Positions 8,733 through 18,718 of a DNA stretch of 41,803 nucleotides are shown here, in pieces. Position numbers and translations under genes: made by a program. Every line of letters starts with the position of its first letter. The first letter of the stretch is position 1. The notes beneath the pieces are model-generated. The model did not search any database. It saw nothing but the letters and a program-made list of their open reading frames with translations, and was not told the origin of the DNA. Origin of the DNA: a virus; UHGV virus genome UHGV-1359168. The stretch is one strand, 5' to 3'.

Positions 8733-9143
8733 ATGGCTAAAACTGTAGATATTTCTCAATATCTTGGGAACAATAAAAAGAATATCGTTGCTTCGGCTGT
8801 TGGCACGGTTAAAATTGCCGCCTTAAAAGAAGCGGGCGTAGCTACCGGGGATAAGATAGTTCTTACTAAAATCCCTGCTAACTCTTTGATTACTGGTGTT
8901 ACGCTAGTAGTTAAAGAGGGTGCTACAGGCGGTAACGTGAACCTTGACGTAAATGGGGCTTCAGTAGCGTTCGATATGGGCACTGCTGGAGTAACAACAC
9001 AAGCTAGTTGGGTTCCTACCGTAACTAAAGACCTTGTAGAAGTTACAGGCGATGTAACTATGGGCGCTAGTAAAGTAGGAGAGGGCTGCGTTGTTATACA
9101 CTTCGTAGAGCTTGAGGGCTATACTGGAACCTTTGTAGGTTAA
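8733..9143 (+). CDS. Small Gly/Thr/Val-rich structural protein, 136 aa; possible capsid decoration or head fiber.
   Basis: Ribosome-binding site aagaaaggataataaATG. The composition is beta-rich (GVTLVVKEGATGGNVNLDVNGASV). It sits immediately after the capsid-like gene. Confidence 0.3.
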   Translation: MAKTVDISQYLGNNKKNIVASAVGTVKIAALKEAGVATGDKIVLTKIPANSLITGVTLVVKEGATGGNVNLDVNGASVAFDMGTAGVTTQASWVPTVTKDLVEVTGDVTMGASKVGEGCVVIHFVELEGYTGTFVG

Positions 9144-9156
9144 AACGGAGCGAGCG

Positions 9157-10014
9157 ATGTTAGTATCTAGTTTAATTTCTAGCGTTAGGTATAGGGTTGG
9201 TGATGTCCCTAATACAAAATTTACTGATGTTCGGATAATCGAGCTAATTAACGAGGGACTAGATGACCTCGCTCGCAAGGTTAATATAAATAAGGGAGAG
9301 TTAGTTCTCCCTATAGTTCCATATCAACGTAAATTAGTAATACCAGACCCTGATTTCATTAAACTACTAAGAGTTAGATGTAATAACAGGCCTGTAGATG
9401 TAAAGTCATTTAGTTCGATGGACAAACTTCCTGAATGGGAAGAAGAGGTTGGCACACAACTTAAATCTGTTGTGTATAATCTTAATAATCCACGAGATTT
9501 AACTCTATACCCTCTGCTTGAGGAGCCAGTATATACAAACTACCGACAACTAAATAACTTTATTTCTAGTGATGGAACTTATGGCATAGCCATAGATATC
9601 CCAGGTATAACTAGGGATAATCTCGACGGTATAATCACAGGACTTAAAGTCGATAATAACTTACAAATTATTTATATCCCTAACGGTATGCAGCCTAACG
9701 GAACAATGACATCTATGGCTGATGGATTTAATCTACTAGATATTAAGTATGTTAAAAGACCTAAGGCTGTTGTAAATAAAAGTGATAATATCGACCTAGA
9801 TGATATGTTTAAAACGGCATTAGTTTATTACATTTCAGGTATGTTATTGCTTGACGATACTCGTGGAGAAAATATCAATAAGGGTATGTTGTTTATAAAC
9901 AAGTATAAGACGGAGTTGGAGAATATCCAGGAGCACGAAAAGAATAGTTTTCAAGATATAGCTACTCACGTAGTGCATTACAGAACAGGATTTGGAGACG
10001 AATATGGCATCTAA
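9157..10014 (+). CDS. Structural protein of unknown function, 285 aa.
   Basis: ORF track entry. Its start follows the stop of the previous gene by 14 nt. No motif recognised. Confidence 0.45.
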   Translation: MLVSSLISSVRYRVGDVPNTKFTDVRIIELINEGLDDLARKVNINKGELVLPIVPYQRKLVIPDPDFIKLLRVRCNNRPVDVKSFSSMDKLPEWEEEVGTQLKSVVYNLNNPRDLTLYPLLEEPVYTNYRQLNNFISSDGTYGIAIDIPGITRDNLDGIITGLKVDNNLQIIYIPNGMQPNGTMTSMADGFNLLDIKYVKRPKAVVNKSDNIDLDDMFKTALVYYISGMLLLDDTRGENINKGMLFINKYKTELENIQEHEKNSFQDIATHVVHYRTGFGDEYGI

Positions 10015-12028
10015 CATAAAAGAAATTTATGTAAATAAATTAACTTTGGAGGATATGGAGATAGGAGTAGGGTCTGTAGTTCAGACTCGTGGTGGTGTTC
10101 AAGTAACTCGCACAAAGATTAACGCTCAAAATTTTCCATATGATAGCACCCAAACTTTAGGACAGCGTTTAAATAGCGTTCAAGCTGATTTAGCTAAGGC
10201 AGAGCAATTAATAAATCAATTAGCTAATAACAACAATGAGGCTAAAACTATTAAGCGCGATGTAGAGGCTCTTAAAAACGAGATTTCGTCTAAGGTTGCT
10301 AGTGCAATTCAAACGCTAGATGAATTACAAGGAATAAAAGCCACAGTTCAAGGCAAAGTAAATGAGGCTAATCAAGCGGCTAATAGAGCTAATACAGCTG
10401 CTACCCAAGCCAGCACTACACTTACGTCTGTTAATAAGGTTTTGACAGATGTTAATACTTTACACGAGCAAGTAAAAGCTGTAAAAGCTCAAATAGATAC
10501 TGCTCTACAAGATATAGATAATGCTGTTAAGCAAGGAGAGCAGTTAAATAGCAAAATAGCAGAGGCTAAGGCTCAATTTGATGATATAGCGGCTAAATTA
10601 ACATTAGCTCAAGCAACAATAGCTGAAATTAAAAAAGCTAGTGAGGACGCTATAGCAGCTAAGGATAAAGCACTAGAGTCGGAGCGTAAGGTCAAAGAAT
10701 ACTGGGAAGCGGCAGAACAACGTAGGGCTGAATGGATGTCAATGACAAAAGGTCCTAAAGGTGATACTGGACCTCAAGGACCTGCAGGCATTCAAGGGCC
10801 AGTAGGTCCTACGGGTCCAGCCGGACAATCGGGAGCAGTAGGACCGATTGGTCCACGTGGTCCTCAAGGTCCTGCGGGTAATACTGGACCACAAGGTCCT
10901 AAAGGTGATAAAGGTTCTGGAGGTGTTTCAGGCTACACCAACAAGTCTGCATTTCCAACTACAGGAGATGCTAGCACTATATATTTAGATAAAAGCACAT
11001 ATAAAGTTTATAGTTGGGATGGTGCTAATTATGTGTTATTAAAAGCAGGAGAAAGCGCAACTACTACCGTAGAAGGGTTTGTAAAACTATCAGGCTCTGT
11101 AACTAGCGATGATGAAACCGTAGCTGCAACCGCTAGAGCCGTTAGTATAGCTTATAAAGAAGCTGAAAAAGCACTAAATACAGCTAACGCTAAATACACT
11201 CCTCAATATGCTACTACCGGACAATGGGGATTAACAACCTTAGTTGATGGGGTTAATGACTCCAGGACTGATAGAGCAGCTACTCCTAATGCGGTAAAAC
11301 AAGCTTATGATAGGGCTATCGCAGCTTATACTTTAGCTAATAGTAAATGGTCTGCGGTATCTGCTAGTTCATCAACTGCTGGTATAACTAAGATTATAGA
11401 TAGCACTAGCTCAACAGATAGGTATAATGCAGCTAGTGCATACGCTGTAAAACAAGCCTATGATAAAGCAGTTCAAGCACTTAATGCAGGTAGTGATGCC
11501 CAAACATTAAGAGGGTATGCTCCTAATATTAACGCATCGGCTAATACCATAGTTCTTAGAGATAGCTCGGCTAATATATTTGCAGCAGGGGCTGTTTTTA
11601 GCTCTTTATTTGTTTCTAGACATAATGATGACTCCGGATTTTCGGCTAACCCTGAAATAGCGTATTTTTCAGGTAATCAGATTAAAGGAGTTAGTTACGC
11701 TAAGTTTAGTAATGCACTTAACTTAAATGCTTTTATGAGATTAAATGGCAGAAATACTCCTAAAATATATATAAGGGAAAGCGGTAGCCCTTCCATAGAT
11801 ATGTCCATAGCTGATAACGCGTTAATTACAATAACGAGTAACGGGATTTTAACATTATCGAATGTTGAATTAGGTCAAAATGGTATCATAGTTATAGTAG
11901 GAGCAGAGAAAATAACTGGATTTCATAGCGATTTAAAATTTAGACAAGTTCCTACAGGCTTACAAAATATAGAAACATTTGCATATTTTAAATGCAATAA
12001 TGGCTATATATCTATGGGACGTGCGTAA
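10004..12028 (+). CDS. Tail fiber or other structural protein with an N-terminal coiled coil and a collagen-like Gly-X-Y triple-helix segment (about 60 residues, near nt 10750-10925).
   Basis: [58 protein letters not shown] read directly. The most likely start is the ATG at 10004, which follows GGAG at 9994-9997; the track's TTG at 9992 is less likely. Confidence 0.7.
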   Translation: MASNIKEIYVNKLTLEDMEIGVGSVVQTRGGVQVTRTKINAQNFPYDSTQTLGQRLNSVQADLAKAEQLINQLANNNNEAKTIKRDVEALKNEISSKVASAIQTLDELQGIKATVQGKVNEANQAANRANTAATQASTTLTSVNKVLTDVNTLHEQVKAVKAQIDTALQDIDNAVKQGEQLNSKIAEAKAQFDDIAAKLTLAQATIAEIKKASEDAIAAKDKALESERKVKEYWEAAEQRRAEWMSMTKGPKGDTGPQGPAGIQGPVGPTGPAGQSGAVGPIGPRGPQGPAGNTGPQGPKGDKGSGGVSGYTNKSAFPTTGDASTIYLDKSTYKVYSWDGANYVLLKAGESATTTVEGFVKLSGSVTSDDETVAATARAVSIAYKEAEKALNTANAKYTPQYATTGQWGLTTLVDGVNDSRTDRAATPNAVKQAYDRAIAAYTLANSKWSAVSASSSTAGITKIIDSTSSTDRYNAASAYAVKQAYDKAVQALNAGSDAQTLRGYAPNINASANTIVLRDSSANIFAAGAVFSSLFVSRHNDDSGFSANPEIAYFSGNQIKGVSYAKFSNALNLNAFMRLNGRNTPKIYIRESGSPSIDMSIADNALITITSNGILTLSNVELGQNGIIVIVGAEKITGFHSDLKFRQVPTGLQNIETFAYFKCNNGYISMGRA

Positions 12029-12552
12029 TGAACGGGTCATTTATGATTGGGTGTGGAGGAAGTTACACACCTCAATACGAAGTTAGAGATAGTATATCTT
12101 TCGGTAACATAGGTAGCACAGAGCAAGTATTCAGATATGGTTTCAAGCCTGAATGGATAGGTCGTAATATAAGAGCTTTTAATATCTGGATGGCTGTAAG
12201 ATTTCACCAAGACTCTAATCAATGGATTAAAAATTGGAATTTAAGAGATGGTATGCCAAGATCGGCTTTAAAAAATCCACCCTACGAGCTTATGCTAGCT
12301 GACGCTATTCCTGCAGGTGGTCTTGATACTAATTCAGTTTATGGATTTCAAAATGTTAGCAGAAATAGTAAATTTTGGCTATGGGAATGGGTAGATGATG
12401 ATGGGATTATAAGCAGGAATAAGTTTAGAGCCCAAGCTAGTAAGTATATGCGCTTTCAGTGTATTCTAAATTGGGACGCAACTCAAAATTTTATCGAGTT
12501 TAGAGTTAAAGACATTGATATTTTAAACATTGGCTGGCAGCCGATATTCTAA
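12028..12552 (+). CDS. Hypothetical protein, 174 aa; possible distal fiber or fiber-assembly component.
   Basis: Its ATG overlaps the fiber gene stop (TAATG). Confidence 0.5.
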   Translation: MNGSFMIGCGGSYTPQYEVRDSISFGNIGSTEQVFRYGFKPEWIGRNIRAFNIWMAVRFHQDSNQWIKNWNLRDGMPRSALKNPPYELMLADAIPAGGLDTNSVYGFQNVSRNSKFWLWEWVDDDGIISRNKFRAQASKYMRFQCILNWDATQNFIEFRVKDIDILNIGWQPIF

Positions 12553-12562
12553 GGAGTTATTA

Positions 12563-13069
12563 ATGAAATTATACAATTTGCAAACTAAGGTTGTAGAGGA
12601 CGTAGATATTATAGTCCTTAAAAACGGTAATCAGATATTCCCTCACGTATTCACAGATGAAGGGCTTATAGAAAATGGGTATAAGCGTGTGGTTGAAACG
12701 TATCCAGATGGACAAGCTCCAAAAGAAACTGAATATTTGGATAAAGAATATTCAGAGGACGCTACAACATATACTGTAAAGTATGTCATTAAACCTTTAC
12801 CATTACATTTGCTACAAGAGGAATTTAAGAAGTATGTGCAAGCTATTCTTGATGATAAAGCTAAGGAAAAAGGATATGATAACATAGTTTCTGCTTGCAG
12901 TTATGCTGGATATGATAACGAGTTCCGACAAGAGGGAGAAGTGTTCGGTAAATGGAGAGCTCGTGTATGGTCTTGGGGATTTAAAATGCTAGCTGATATA
13001 CAAGCAGGTAAAAGAGAGATACCTAAAACATTTAAAGAAGCTGTGGCTGATATGCCTGCATTTGAATAA
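12563..13069 (+). CDS. Hypothetical protein, about 169 aa.
   Basis: The track start at 12530 lacks a ribosome-binding site. The ATG at 12563 is preceded by AAGGAG (aaggagttattaATG), so the start was moved. Confidence 0.5.
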   Translation: MKLYNLQTKVVEDVDIIVLKNGNQIFPHVFTDEGLIENGYKRVVETYPDGQAPKETEYLDKEYSEDATTYTVKYVIKPLPLHLLQEEFKKYVQAILDDKAKEKGYDNIVSACSYAGYDNEFRQEGEVFGKWRARVWSWGFKMLADIQAGKREIPKTFKEAVADMPAFE

Positions 13070-13075
13070 GGAGAA

Positions 13076-13513
13076 ATGATGTGGAAATTAGCATTAGGGT
13101 TTATATCTAGTAATAAAGGCATAATGATAATTACAGCATTATTTTTTGGCTTATATACAGGAGCCTTAGCTAGCCAGGCTATACAAATACATAGTTTAAA
13201 TAAAGAAGTTAAAAGCCTTAATGAGGATATAGCTCAAACAATAGTTAAAAAAGAGTTGATTAAATACGAAATAGAGAAATGCCGTGAGGTAGTTAAACAG
13301 CAAAACTCTGCGATAGAAAAATCTAAGGTAGATTTATCTAATCTTGAAAAAGAAAAGGATAAAATAGTTCGCAAGTTTAATAAGATAAGATTGCCAGACC
13401 CAGCTAGTTGTGCGTCTAAGCTTGATTACTATGAAAACCTATTTAGAGGATTAAGTAGTGAAAGGATAGAAAATGAAAACAGAAGCTTACAAGATACAAC
13501 AAGCAAAAGATAA
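13076..13513 (+). CDS. Putative i-spanin (Rz-like), 145 aa: an N-terminal transmembrane helix followed by a periplasmic coiled coil.
   Basis: IMIITALFFGLYTGALA transmembrane segment, then a charged coiled-coil-like region. It is adjacent to and overlaps the lipoprotein gene. Confidence 0.5.
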   Translation: MMWKLALGFISSNKGIMIITALFFGLYTGALASQAIQIHSLNKEVKSLNEDIAQTIVKKELIKYEIEKCREVVKQQNSAIEKSKVDLSNLEKEKDKIVRKFNKIRLPDPASCASKLDYYENLFRGLSSERIENENRSLQDTTSKR

Positions 13514-13763
13514 AGAAATGAGGGCTTTTATTTTCATAATTTTAGTAACTGTAATAGTTTTACTAGGTGGTTGTGCTAATAAGCCTGAAATTATAACTAA
13601 GGTGGAATATCAAGAAAAAGTTATTCCTGTTAAATGTAACGCTACAATTCCAGAGAAGCCTTTTTATGACCCCTCTGACTTGCAAAGTGCAAAAGATTTA
13701 AGTATATATTATTCCAGGGTAGAGGCAACATTGAAAGGGTGTATTGATGGAGTGGTTAAATAG
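13473..13763 (+). CDS. Putative o-spanin (Rz1-like outer-membrane lipoprotein).
   Basis: Signal peptide with a lipobox, FIFIILVTVIVLLGG|C, then a short Cys- and Pro-containing mature region. An alternative start at 13518 (MRAF...) gives a canonical short n-region. It overlaps the 3' end of the i-spanin gene. Confidence 0.5.
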   Translation: MKTEAYKIQQAKDKEMRAFIFIILVTVIVLLGGCANKPEIITKVEYQEKVIPVKCNATIPEKPFYDPSDLQSAKDLSIYYSRVEATLKGCIDGVVK

Positions 13764-14103
13764 TTTAGATAGCTATCTAGGTAAATACAAATGGGTTCTG
13801 GCAATCGGACTTATTGGTGGATTACTTAATGTAGGTTCTAGACCTGATAAAAGCGTAGGTAGAAAAGTGGTGGATTTACTCCTTGGTATAGCATCGTCTG
13901 TATTTTTCGGGTGGATTAGCTACGAAATAATTTTGTTTATTTGGAAAGAGAATGGAGTAGCCTTAGCAGGCTGTGGATTTTTTGCCTGGAAAGGTGCCAC
14001 TTGGTTTGGTGAAAAATTCGATAAATTTGTGGATGCTAAGATAGAAGCAACTAAAAGAAAAGGAGATTATTATGGCGAATGTGATAGCGACAGACCTCTC
14101 TAA
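13744..14103 (+). CDS. Holin candidate, 119 aa, with about three hydrophobic helices and a charged C-terminal tail.
   Basis: Helices WVLAIGLIGGLLNV, VVDLLLGIASSVFFGWISYEIILFIW and VALAGCGFFAW, followed by a KRKGDYYGECDSDRPL tail. Located in the lysis cassette. Confidence 0.4.
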   Translation: MMEWLNSLDSYLGKYKWVLAIGLIGGLLNVGSRPDKSVGRKVVDLLLGIASSVFFGWISYEIILFIWKENGVALAGCGFFAWKGATWFGEKFDKFVDAKIEATKRKGDYYGECDSDRPL

Positions 14104-14257
14104 TAAAGAGATATTAGCTAAACTGGAGAATAAACGCACTAAGTGTGTAGTTTATACACGTGTTATGGGTTACCATAGGCCTGTTGAAAGCTTTAACATA
14201 GGTAAAACAGGAGAGCACAGAGAGCGCGTTAAATTTGTAGAGAAAGGCATAAAATGA
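14072..14257 (+). CDS. 61-aa protein resembling the C-terminal glycyl-radical segment of anaerobic ribonucleotide reductase NrdD.
   Basis: YTRVMGYHRPVESFNIGKTGEHRERVKF set against the NrdD C-terminus as I recall it, RRVCGYLGSPDARPFNAGKQEEVKRRVKH: shared pattern RVxGY..P...FNxGK..E...RVK. Strong ribosome-binding site (aaggagattattATG). Confidence 0.5.
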   Translation: MANVIATDLSNKEILAKLENKRTKCVVYTRVMGYHRPVESFNIGKTGEHRERVKFVEKGIK

Positions 14258-14673
14258 AACTAAGAATTGATAGGTTTATGGATATAAACGACGGAACTAT
14301 AGGTAAGTTTTATGTTGTTGGCGATGATGGCGTTAAAATAATGTCTGGATTTAGCTTAGAGCCTGCAGGCCCTGATACTACAACACCCAACAAAGATAGA
14401 CGTATACCGCAAGGCTTGTATAATTTAGATTGGACTCCTAGCCCTAAATATAATGGTAAGCTAATGCCTACACTTCATAATGAGCTAGTTTCTAAATCTA
14501 GGCGTATTCTTATACACCAAGGAAATTATCCTATAGATACCGAAGGGTGTATTTTACTAGGAGATAGTTATGATAATAAAGGTGTTTATAACAGCGTTAA
14601 AACTTTAGCTAAAGTTTTTTCGCTGATTAAAGATAAGAAAACAGTTGTAGAGATTAACAACCTGGAGAAATAA
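14254..14673 (+). CDS. Endolysin candidate, 139 aa, with an L,D-transpeptidase (YkuD)-like catalytic signature.
   Basis: ILIHQGNYPIDTEGCILLG (His ... Gly-Cys-Ile) resembles the YkuD HxnGC(I/V)R motif. Its position is right after the spanin/holin genes. No lysozyme, amidase or CHAP motif is present. The assignment is tentative. Confidence 0.3.
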   Translation: MKLRIDRFMDINDGTIGKFYVVGDDGVKIMSGFSLEPAGPDTTTPNKDRRIPQGLYNLDWTPSPKYNGKLMPTLHNELVSKSRRILIHQGNYPIDTEGCILLGDSYDNKGVYNSVKTLAKVFSLIKDKKTVVEINNLEK

Positions 14674-17600
14674 ATGGCCGGTAAAGCAGGAGGAAGAAGC
14701 GAAAGGTCTAGACAAAGAGCTGCTGAAAGAGCTAAGAATAGTTCTAAGGGCGGCTCTAAAGGAGGTAATACTAACTCCGGAACAGGGCACGTTACTCTAG
14801 GAGGTGTTACTGCTACTGGAGAGTATAACGCCGGTAATGGAGATAAGGCTAAGAAGCAACAGCCAAAACAAAATCCACCAAACCATATAGTTACACCAGA
14901 GCTTGTTATTCCTGGAAATGCGCCTGAAGATATAACTAAAACTTATCTAGTTCATAACCCTATAGGGACTGATGAAATTCATTTTAGTGTGGTTGAAATT
15001 ACTGCATCTGCTGATGATGACGAAGAAACTTATGGTGATTATGGCTGGGGAGTAGATAGGTCTGAGAGTGGAGGTAATGGTTACGATACTGCTAAAAGTA
15101 GAGCTAATCGTGATGTTAATCCTAATGTTATGGAGTATGGAGATAACCCAGCTTTACAAATGGTGTATAATCCTAAAACTGGTGAATACACTTTAAATAA
15201 TGCAGCTACCGGAGAAGCAGTAGCAGGTATGCGCCTTAATGATAACGAGGAGTATGAAGCATTTGGAGCTTGGGAGCAAATAGAAAAAGGCAACCCAGAG
15301 TCCTTAGCTGTAGATGAAACATTTAATTTTTACGAGAAAAATCCAGACGGGACTTTAAACTTTAACAAAGTAGTTAAATCTATGACCACAAGAAAAGGTA
15401 TAGAAAAAGGATATGATTATACTACAACTACAACTGAAGATACATTTTACGGTAAATACGAGGAACAAGCCCACTATAATCCAGGTGAGCAGAAAATCAA
15501 CCGCATAGATAGAAAAAGAGATACATTTATTGGCTCAATACCTACAGATTTTCATACCCTAAATATCAATGAGCAGGCGTATGAAGTAGGTATGACTGCC
15601 GAAGCTTTTACAGATTTACTTGAAGCTGTAGGAGACCCGGCAGATACTGAAGCTTTAGCAGATACAGCTAGGACTGTGGATATGGTAGCTACCGTAGCTA
15701 GTGTTATAATGTCTGTATATAATATAGTTCAGATGGCTCCGTATCTAGCTAATCCTCAAGCGGCGTTAGCAGCACTTAAAAACCTAGCTAATGTAGCTCA
15801 AGGTATTAGCGATGTAAATAGTTTAGCAGGTAAAAGCCCTGCATCTAGCAGGACTGGGTTTGCTAAAACTATTAATAAGGCTTTAAATAACCTATATAGC
15901 ACTGATTTTAATTCACACTACTTTAATGGTGATGGGGATGCTAAAAGAGTTATAAAAGAAGGGTTGGCGGGAGCATTTATGAGCAGCCCTATGTATGGAG
16001 AGTATAATTTCTATAATTCAGGGTATCTATCCCCAGTGCAAAATTATGGTATAAATAATAGGTTTGAGCAGAAACAGCCTCAAATAGAAAAAGGAGATAA
16101 CAATATGCAACAATCAATAATGCCTACTTCATTAATAGGTATGAATAATGTTAAGGAGAGCCATTTGCTTAGTGCAGATGAAGCTCAATTCCTAGAAAAT
16201 GCTACTACTCTATCAGGGTCTATAGAAAGCACCAGCAACCACTACTATTTCTGGTCGTTAGGATTGACTTATGATGCTTGCTATGAATATGACGATGATG
16301 GCTATAGAGGTCGTATGAACTATTTTCAAAGGGATAATGTTAGTTTTGCTAATATAGCTAATCAAACTTATTGCCTTAAAAATGGCAGGCTTTATAAGGT
16401 TAATACTAAGCATTCAGGTATGTTTATATTAGAAAATAATATAGAACTACCTGTAATAGATACAGGTAATGTGTCGATTAAAATTAGAAATAATATAGCT
16501 GATAGTTTAATGCAGCAAGTCCTAAATATGATACAAAAAATTAAAGTTGTAGCCCCGGTAGAAAAAGTTAATGAGAGTAAGCCAAAAGATGGCGATACTC
16601 CTAAATATAAAGAAATAGCGGCTGCTATAACTACACTTAACTACGATGCAGGTATGAGAGCACATCTAGAAGAGGGAAAACGATTTTATCATTTAGAGGG
16701 GACTACTGAAGCAAACAATGGAGAAAGGATAGCTGTAGTAGTAGGCGGTTCTACCATTACTACTGTAGCTACTAATAAAACTTGGAAAGTTGATGTGGAC
16801 CTACTAGATGCGTTTGGCTCTATACTTAATGTTAATAATCAGGGAACAGATGAAATTTATTATGCTGTAACTGCATATGATAAAGCCACTGGTAGGGAGA
16901 GCTTACCTGTAAAATCTAATTCGTGCTTTAATTTTAGTAAGCTAATAAATCTATACGTAGAAAACCCTAATGAAAAATACAGTCTGAAAATATACCGCAA
17001 AGATGTATCTAGTTCAATGTATAAGTTTATAAGCCTACAATCTTATAAAGGAAATAATGTCTTTGTAGATAATCTAGCCGATATACCTAGCCCGCAATAT
17101 CTAGATTTTACAGAGATTAAAGAAGTAACTGGGTTAAGAGGATTAGTTGAGCATAAGGCTACGTTATTCGCATATAAAGGCAGTTATGTTTATTTTAGTA
17201 AGCCAGGACGTCCTAATATTTGGAATGAGCTACAGTGTGTAACCGTAAATGAGCAAATTACAGGCTTAGCTAGTTCACCGCTAGGTCTGATGATATTTAC
17301 GGCTCATAGCACATATTTATTAGGTGGAACAGATAGAGTTAATTATACCATATCTAACTTATCTAAATCTATAGGTTGCTCACACCCTACCTCAATAGCT
17401 AATATTAAAAATGCAGTTATTTGGGTATTCGATGGAGATGTAATGCTATCTGTAGGCTCTACTATTAATAATTTAACTAAGGGTAGATATAAGTTTAAAG
17501 ATAGTGGCAAACTAGAGATTATAAATGCTATAACTGTAGGAGATATTTATTATATTTTTTCTAAAGAAAAAGTAACTAAAATGGACTTCAGCCTTAATCA

Positions 17601-17994
17601 CCCTATAATAACTGAAATGGATATAGCTAATGCTTTTGGTGCTTCGGTTAATAATGAGCTTTACTTTGTTAAAGATTATGTTTTATATAAAGCTTACCAA
17701 GCGAGTGGATATTCTAAATTAACTGCTACTACAGTTAAATTTGTAGGAGGGTCTATGGATTTAACTAAGGAATTTAATAGTGTTAATATAGTTTATAAAG
17801 GTGATTTTACTATTTCGGTATATATTGATGATATGATAGTAGCTAAGGGGGATTTTTCTAGTAATAAACAAGAAGTTGCTAACATAGGCATACCTGTAGA
17901 TTATAATGAAGGGTTAGGTATTCACCTTAAATTTGAGGGTAAGGGTAAAATCTATAGCTATAGATATATATTTGATAATAGAAACTTAAGATAA
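14674..17994 (+). CDS. Very large virion protein, 1106 aa, possibly a tail or ejection protein. It has a Gly/Ser/Lys-rich N-terminus and shares a ~25-aa GTDE..VEITA..DDD..GW module with the 781-aa protein.
   Basis: Ribosome-binding site ctggagaaataaATG. The module GTDEIHFSVVEITASADDDEETYGDYGW at aa 98-125 matches GTDEVTLPAVEITAPKDDDDTQLGW in the 22147 gene. Confidence 0.55.
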   Translation: MAGKAGGRSERSRQRAAERAKNSSKGGSKGGNTNSGTGHVTLGGVTATGEYNAGNGDKAKKQQPKQNPPNHIVTPELVIPGNAPEDITKTYLVHNPIGTDEIHFSVVEITASADDDEETYGDYGWGVDRSESGGNGYDTAKSRANRDVNPNVMEYGDNPALQMVYNPKTGEYTLNNAATGEAVAGMRLNDNEEYEAFGAWEQIEKGNPESLAVDETFNFYEKNPDGTLNFNKVVKSMTTRKGIEKGYDYTTTTTEDTFYGKYEEQAHYNPGEQKINRIDRKRDTFIGSIPTDFHTLNINEQAYEVGMTAEAFTDLLEAVGDPADTEALADTARTVDMVATVASVIMSVYNIVQMAPYLANPQAALAALKNLANVAQGISDVNSLAGKSPASSRTGFAKTINKALNNLYSTDFNSHYFNGDGDAKRVIKEGLAGAFMSSPMYGEYNFYNSGYLSPVQNYGINNRFEQKQPQIEKGDNNMQQSIMPTSLIGMNNVKESHLLSADEAQFLENATTLSGSIESTSNHYYFWSLGLTYDACYEYDDDGYRGRMNYFQRDNVSFANIANQTYCLKNGRLYKVNTKHSGMFILENNIELPVIDTGNVSIKIRNNIADSLMQQVLNMIQKIKVVAPVEKVNESKPKDGDTPKYKEIAAAITTLNYDAGMRAHLEEGKRFYHLEGTTEANNGERIAVVVGGSTITTVATNKTWKVDVDLLDAFGSILNVNNQGTDEIYYAVTAYDKATGRESLPVKSNSCFNFSKLINLYVENPNEKYSLKIYRKDVSSSMYKFISLQSYKGNNVFVDNLADIPSPQYLDFTEIKEVTGLRGLVEHKATLFAYKGSYVYFSKPGRPNIWNELQCVTVNEQITGLASSPLGLMIFTAHSTYLLGGTDRVNYTISNLSKSIGCSHPTSIANIKNAVIWVFDGDVMLSVGSTINNLTKGRYKFKDSGKLEIINAITVGDIYYIFSKEKVTKMDFSLNHPIITEMDIANAFGASVNNELYFVKDYVLYKAYQASGYSKLTATTVKFVGGSMDLTKEFNSVNIVYKGDFTISVYIDDMIVAKGDFSSNKQEVANIGIPVDYNEGLGIHLKFEGKGKIYSYRYIFDNRNLR

Positions 17995-18017
17995 CTTTAA
18001 ACAAAGTTATGTTATAA

Positions 18018-18026
18018 TACAATTAA
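18018..18026 (+). promoter_or_regulatory. Internal plus-strand extended -10 promoter (TGTTATAAT) 26 bp upstream of the 18052 gene.
   Basis: aagttaTGTTATAATacaattaaac read directly on the plus strand. It has the same core as the minus-strand promoter family. Confidence 0.4.
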
Positions 18027-18051
18027 ACTAAAACAATGGAGGCGTAAAATT

Positions 18052-18708
18052 ATGAGCTGGCTTAACTATTTAGGAGCAGGAATTGGCGCAGCCCAAGCCG
18101 GCTCCGCTTTTTATGGTGCTTACAAAAGTAATAAGCTTGGTAAGCAGCAGCTAGAAATGGCTAAACAACAGCAAGAAATGGCAGCCCGACGTGATGCTGA
18201 ACGTAGGGCTATTTATGGAGATTTAGAACAAAACTTAGCTAACTACTATAAAAATCTAACCCCAGAGCAAAGAACTAACCGCAACCTAGATAGGTATGAT
18301 AAACAGTTCAAAATGGCGCAGGATAGAGTTCAGCAAAATCTAGCTCAACGTGGATTAATGGGTTCAGGTATAGAGCAGGAAACATTTGCTCAAATGGAGC
18401 AGCAGGCTATAAATGACCGATTAAATATAGCAGAACAAGCCGAGCAGTCCGTGCGTAACGAGCAGATGGGCTTCTTAGGTTATGCGTCAGGTCAAGGTAA
18501 TATAGCTGCTCAAGCCTTAGCTAATGCTAATTCCCAAGCTCTAGGAGCTTTAAATAACCAACAAAACAATTGGAATAACATAGCAAATGCAGCAGGACAA
18601 TCTGCAGGTAATGTATTTGGAGCATTAATGTATAACTACGGCAGAAACGGTGCTAATATGTTTGGAACTAATAATGGCCAAAGAGGCTCAAATAACTACG
18701 GATTTTAA
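18052..18708 (+). CDS. Gly/Gln/Asn-rich virion protein, 218 aa; possible internal or core protein.
   Basis: Strong ribosome-binding site (ggaggcgtaaaattATG). Low-complexity G/Q/N-rich sequence. Confidence 0.5.
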   Translation: MSWLNYLGAGIGAAQAGSAFYGAYKSNKLGKQQLEMAKQQQEMAARRDAERRAIYGDLEQNLANYYKNLTPEQRTNRNLDRYDKQFKMAQDRVQQNLAQRGLMGSGIEQETFAQMEQQAINDRLNIAEQAEQSVRNEQMGFLGYASGQGNIAAQALANANSQALGALNNQQNNWNNIANAAGQSAGNVFGALMYNYGRNGANMFGTNNGQRGSNNYGF

Positions 18709-18718
18709 AGGATAATTA

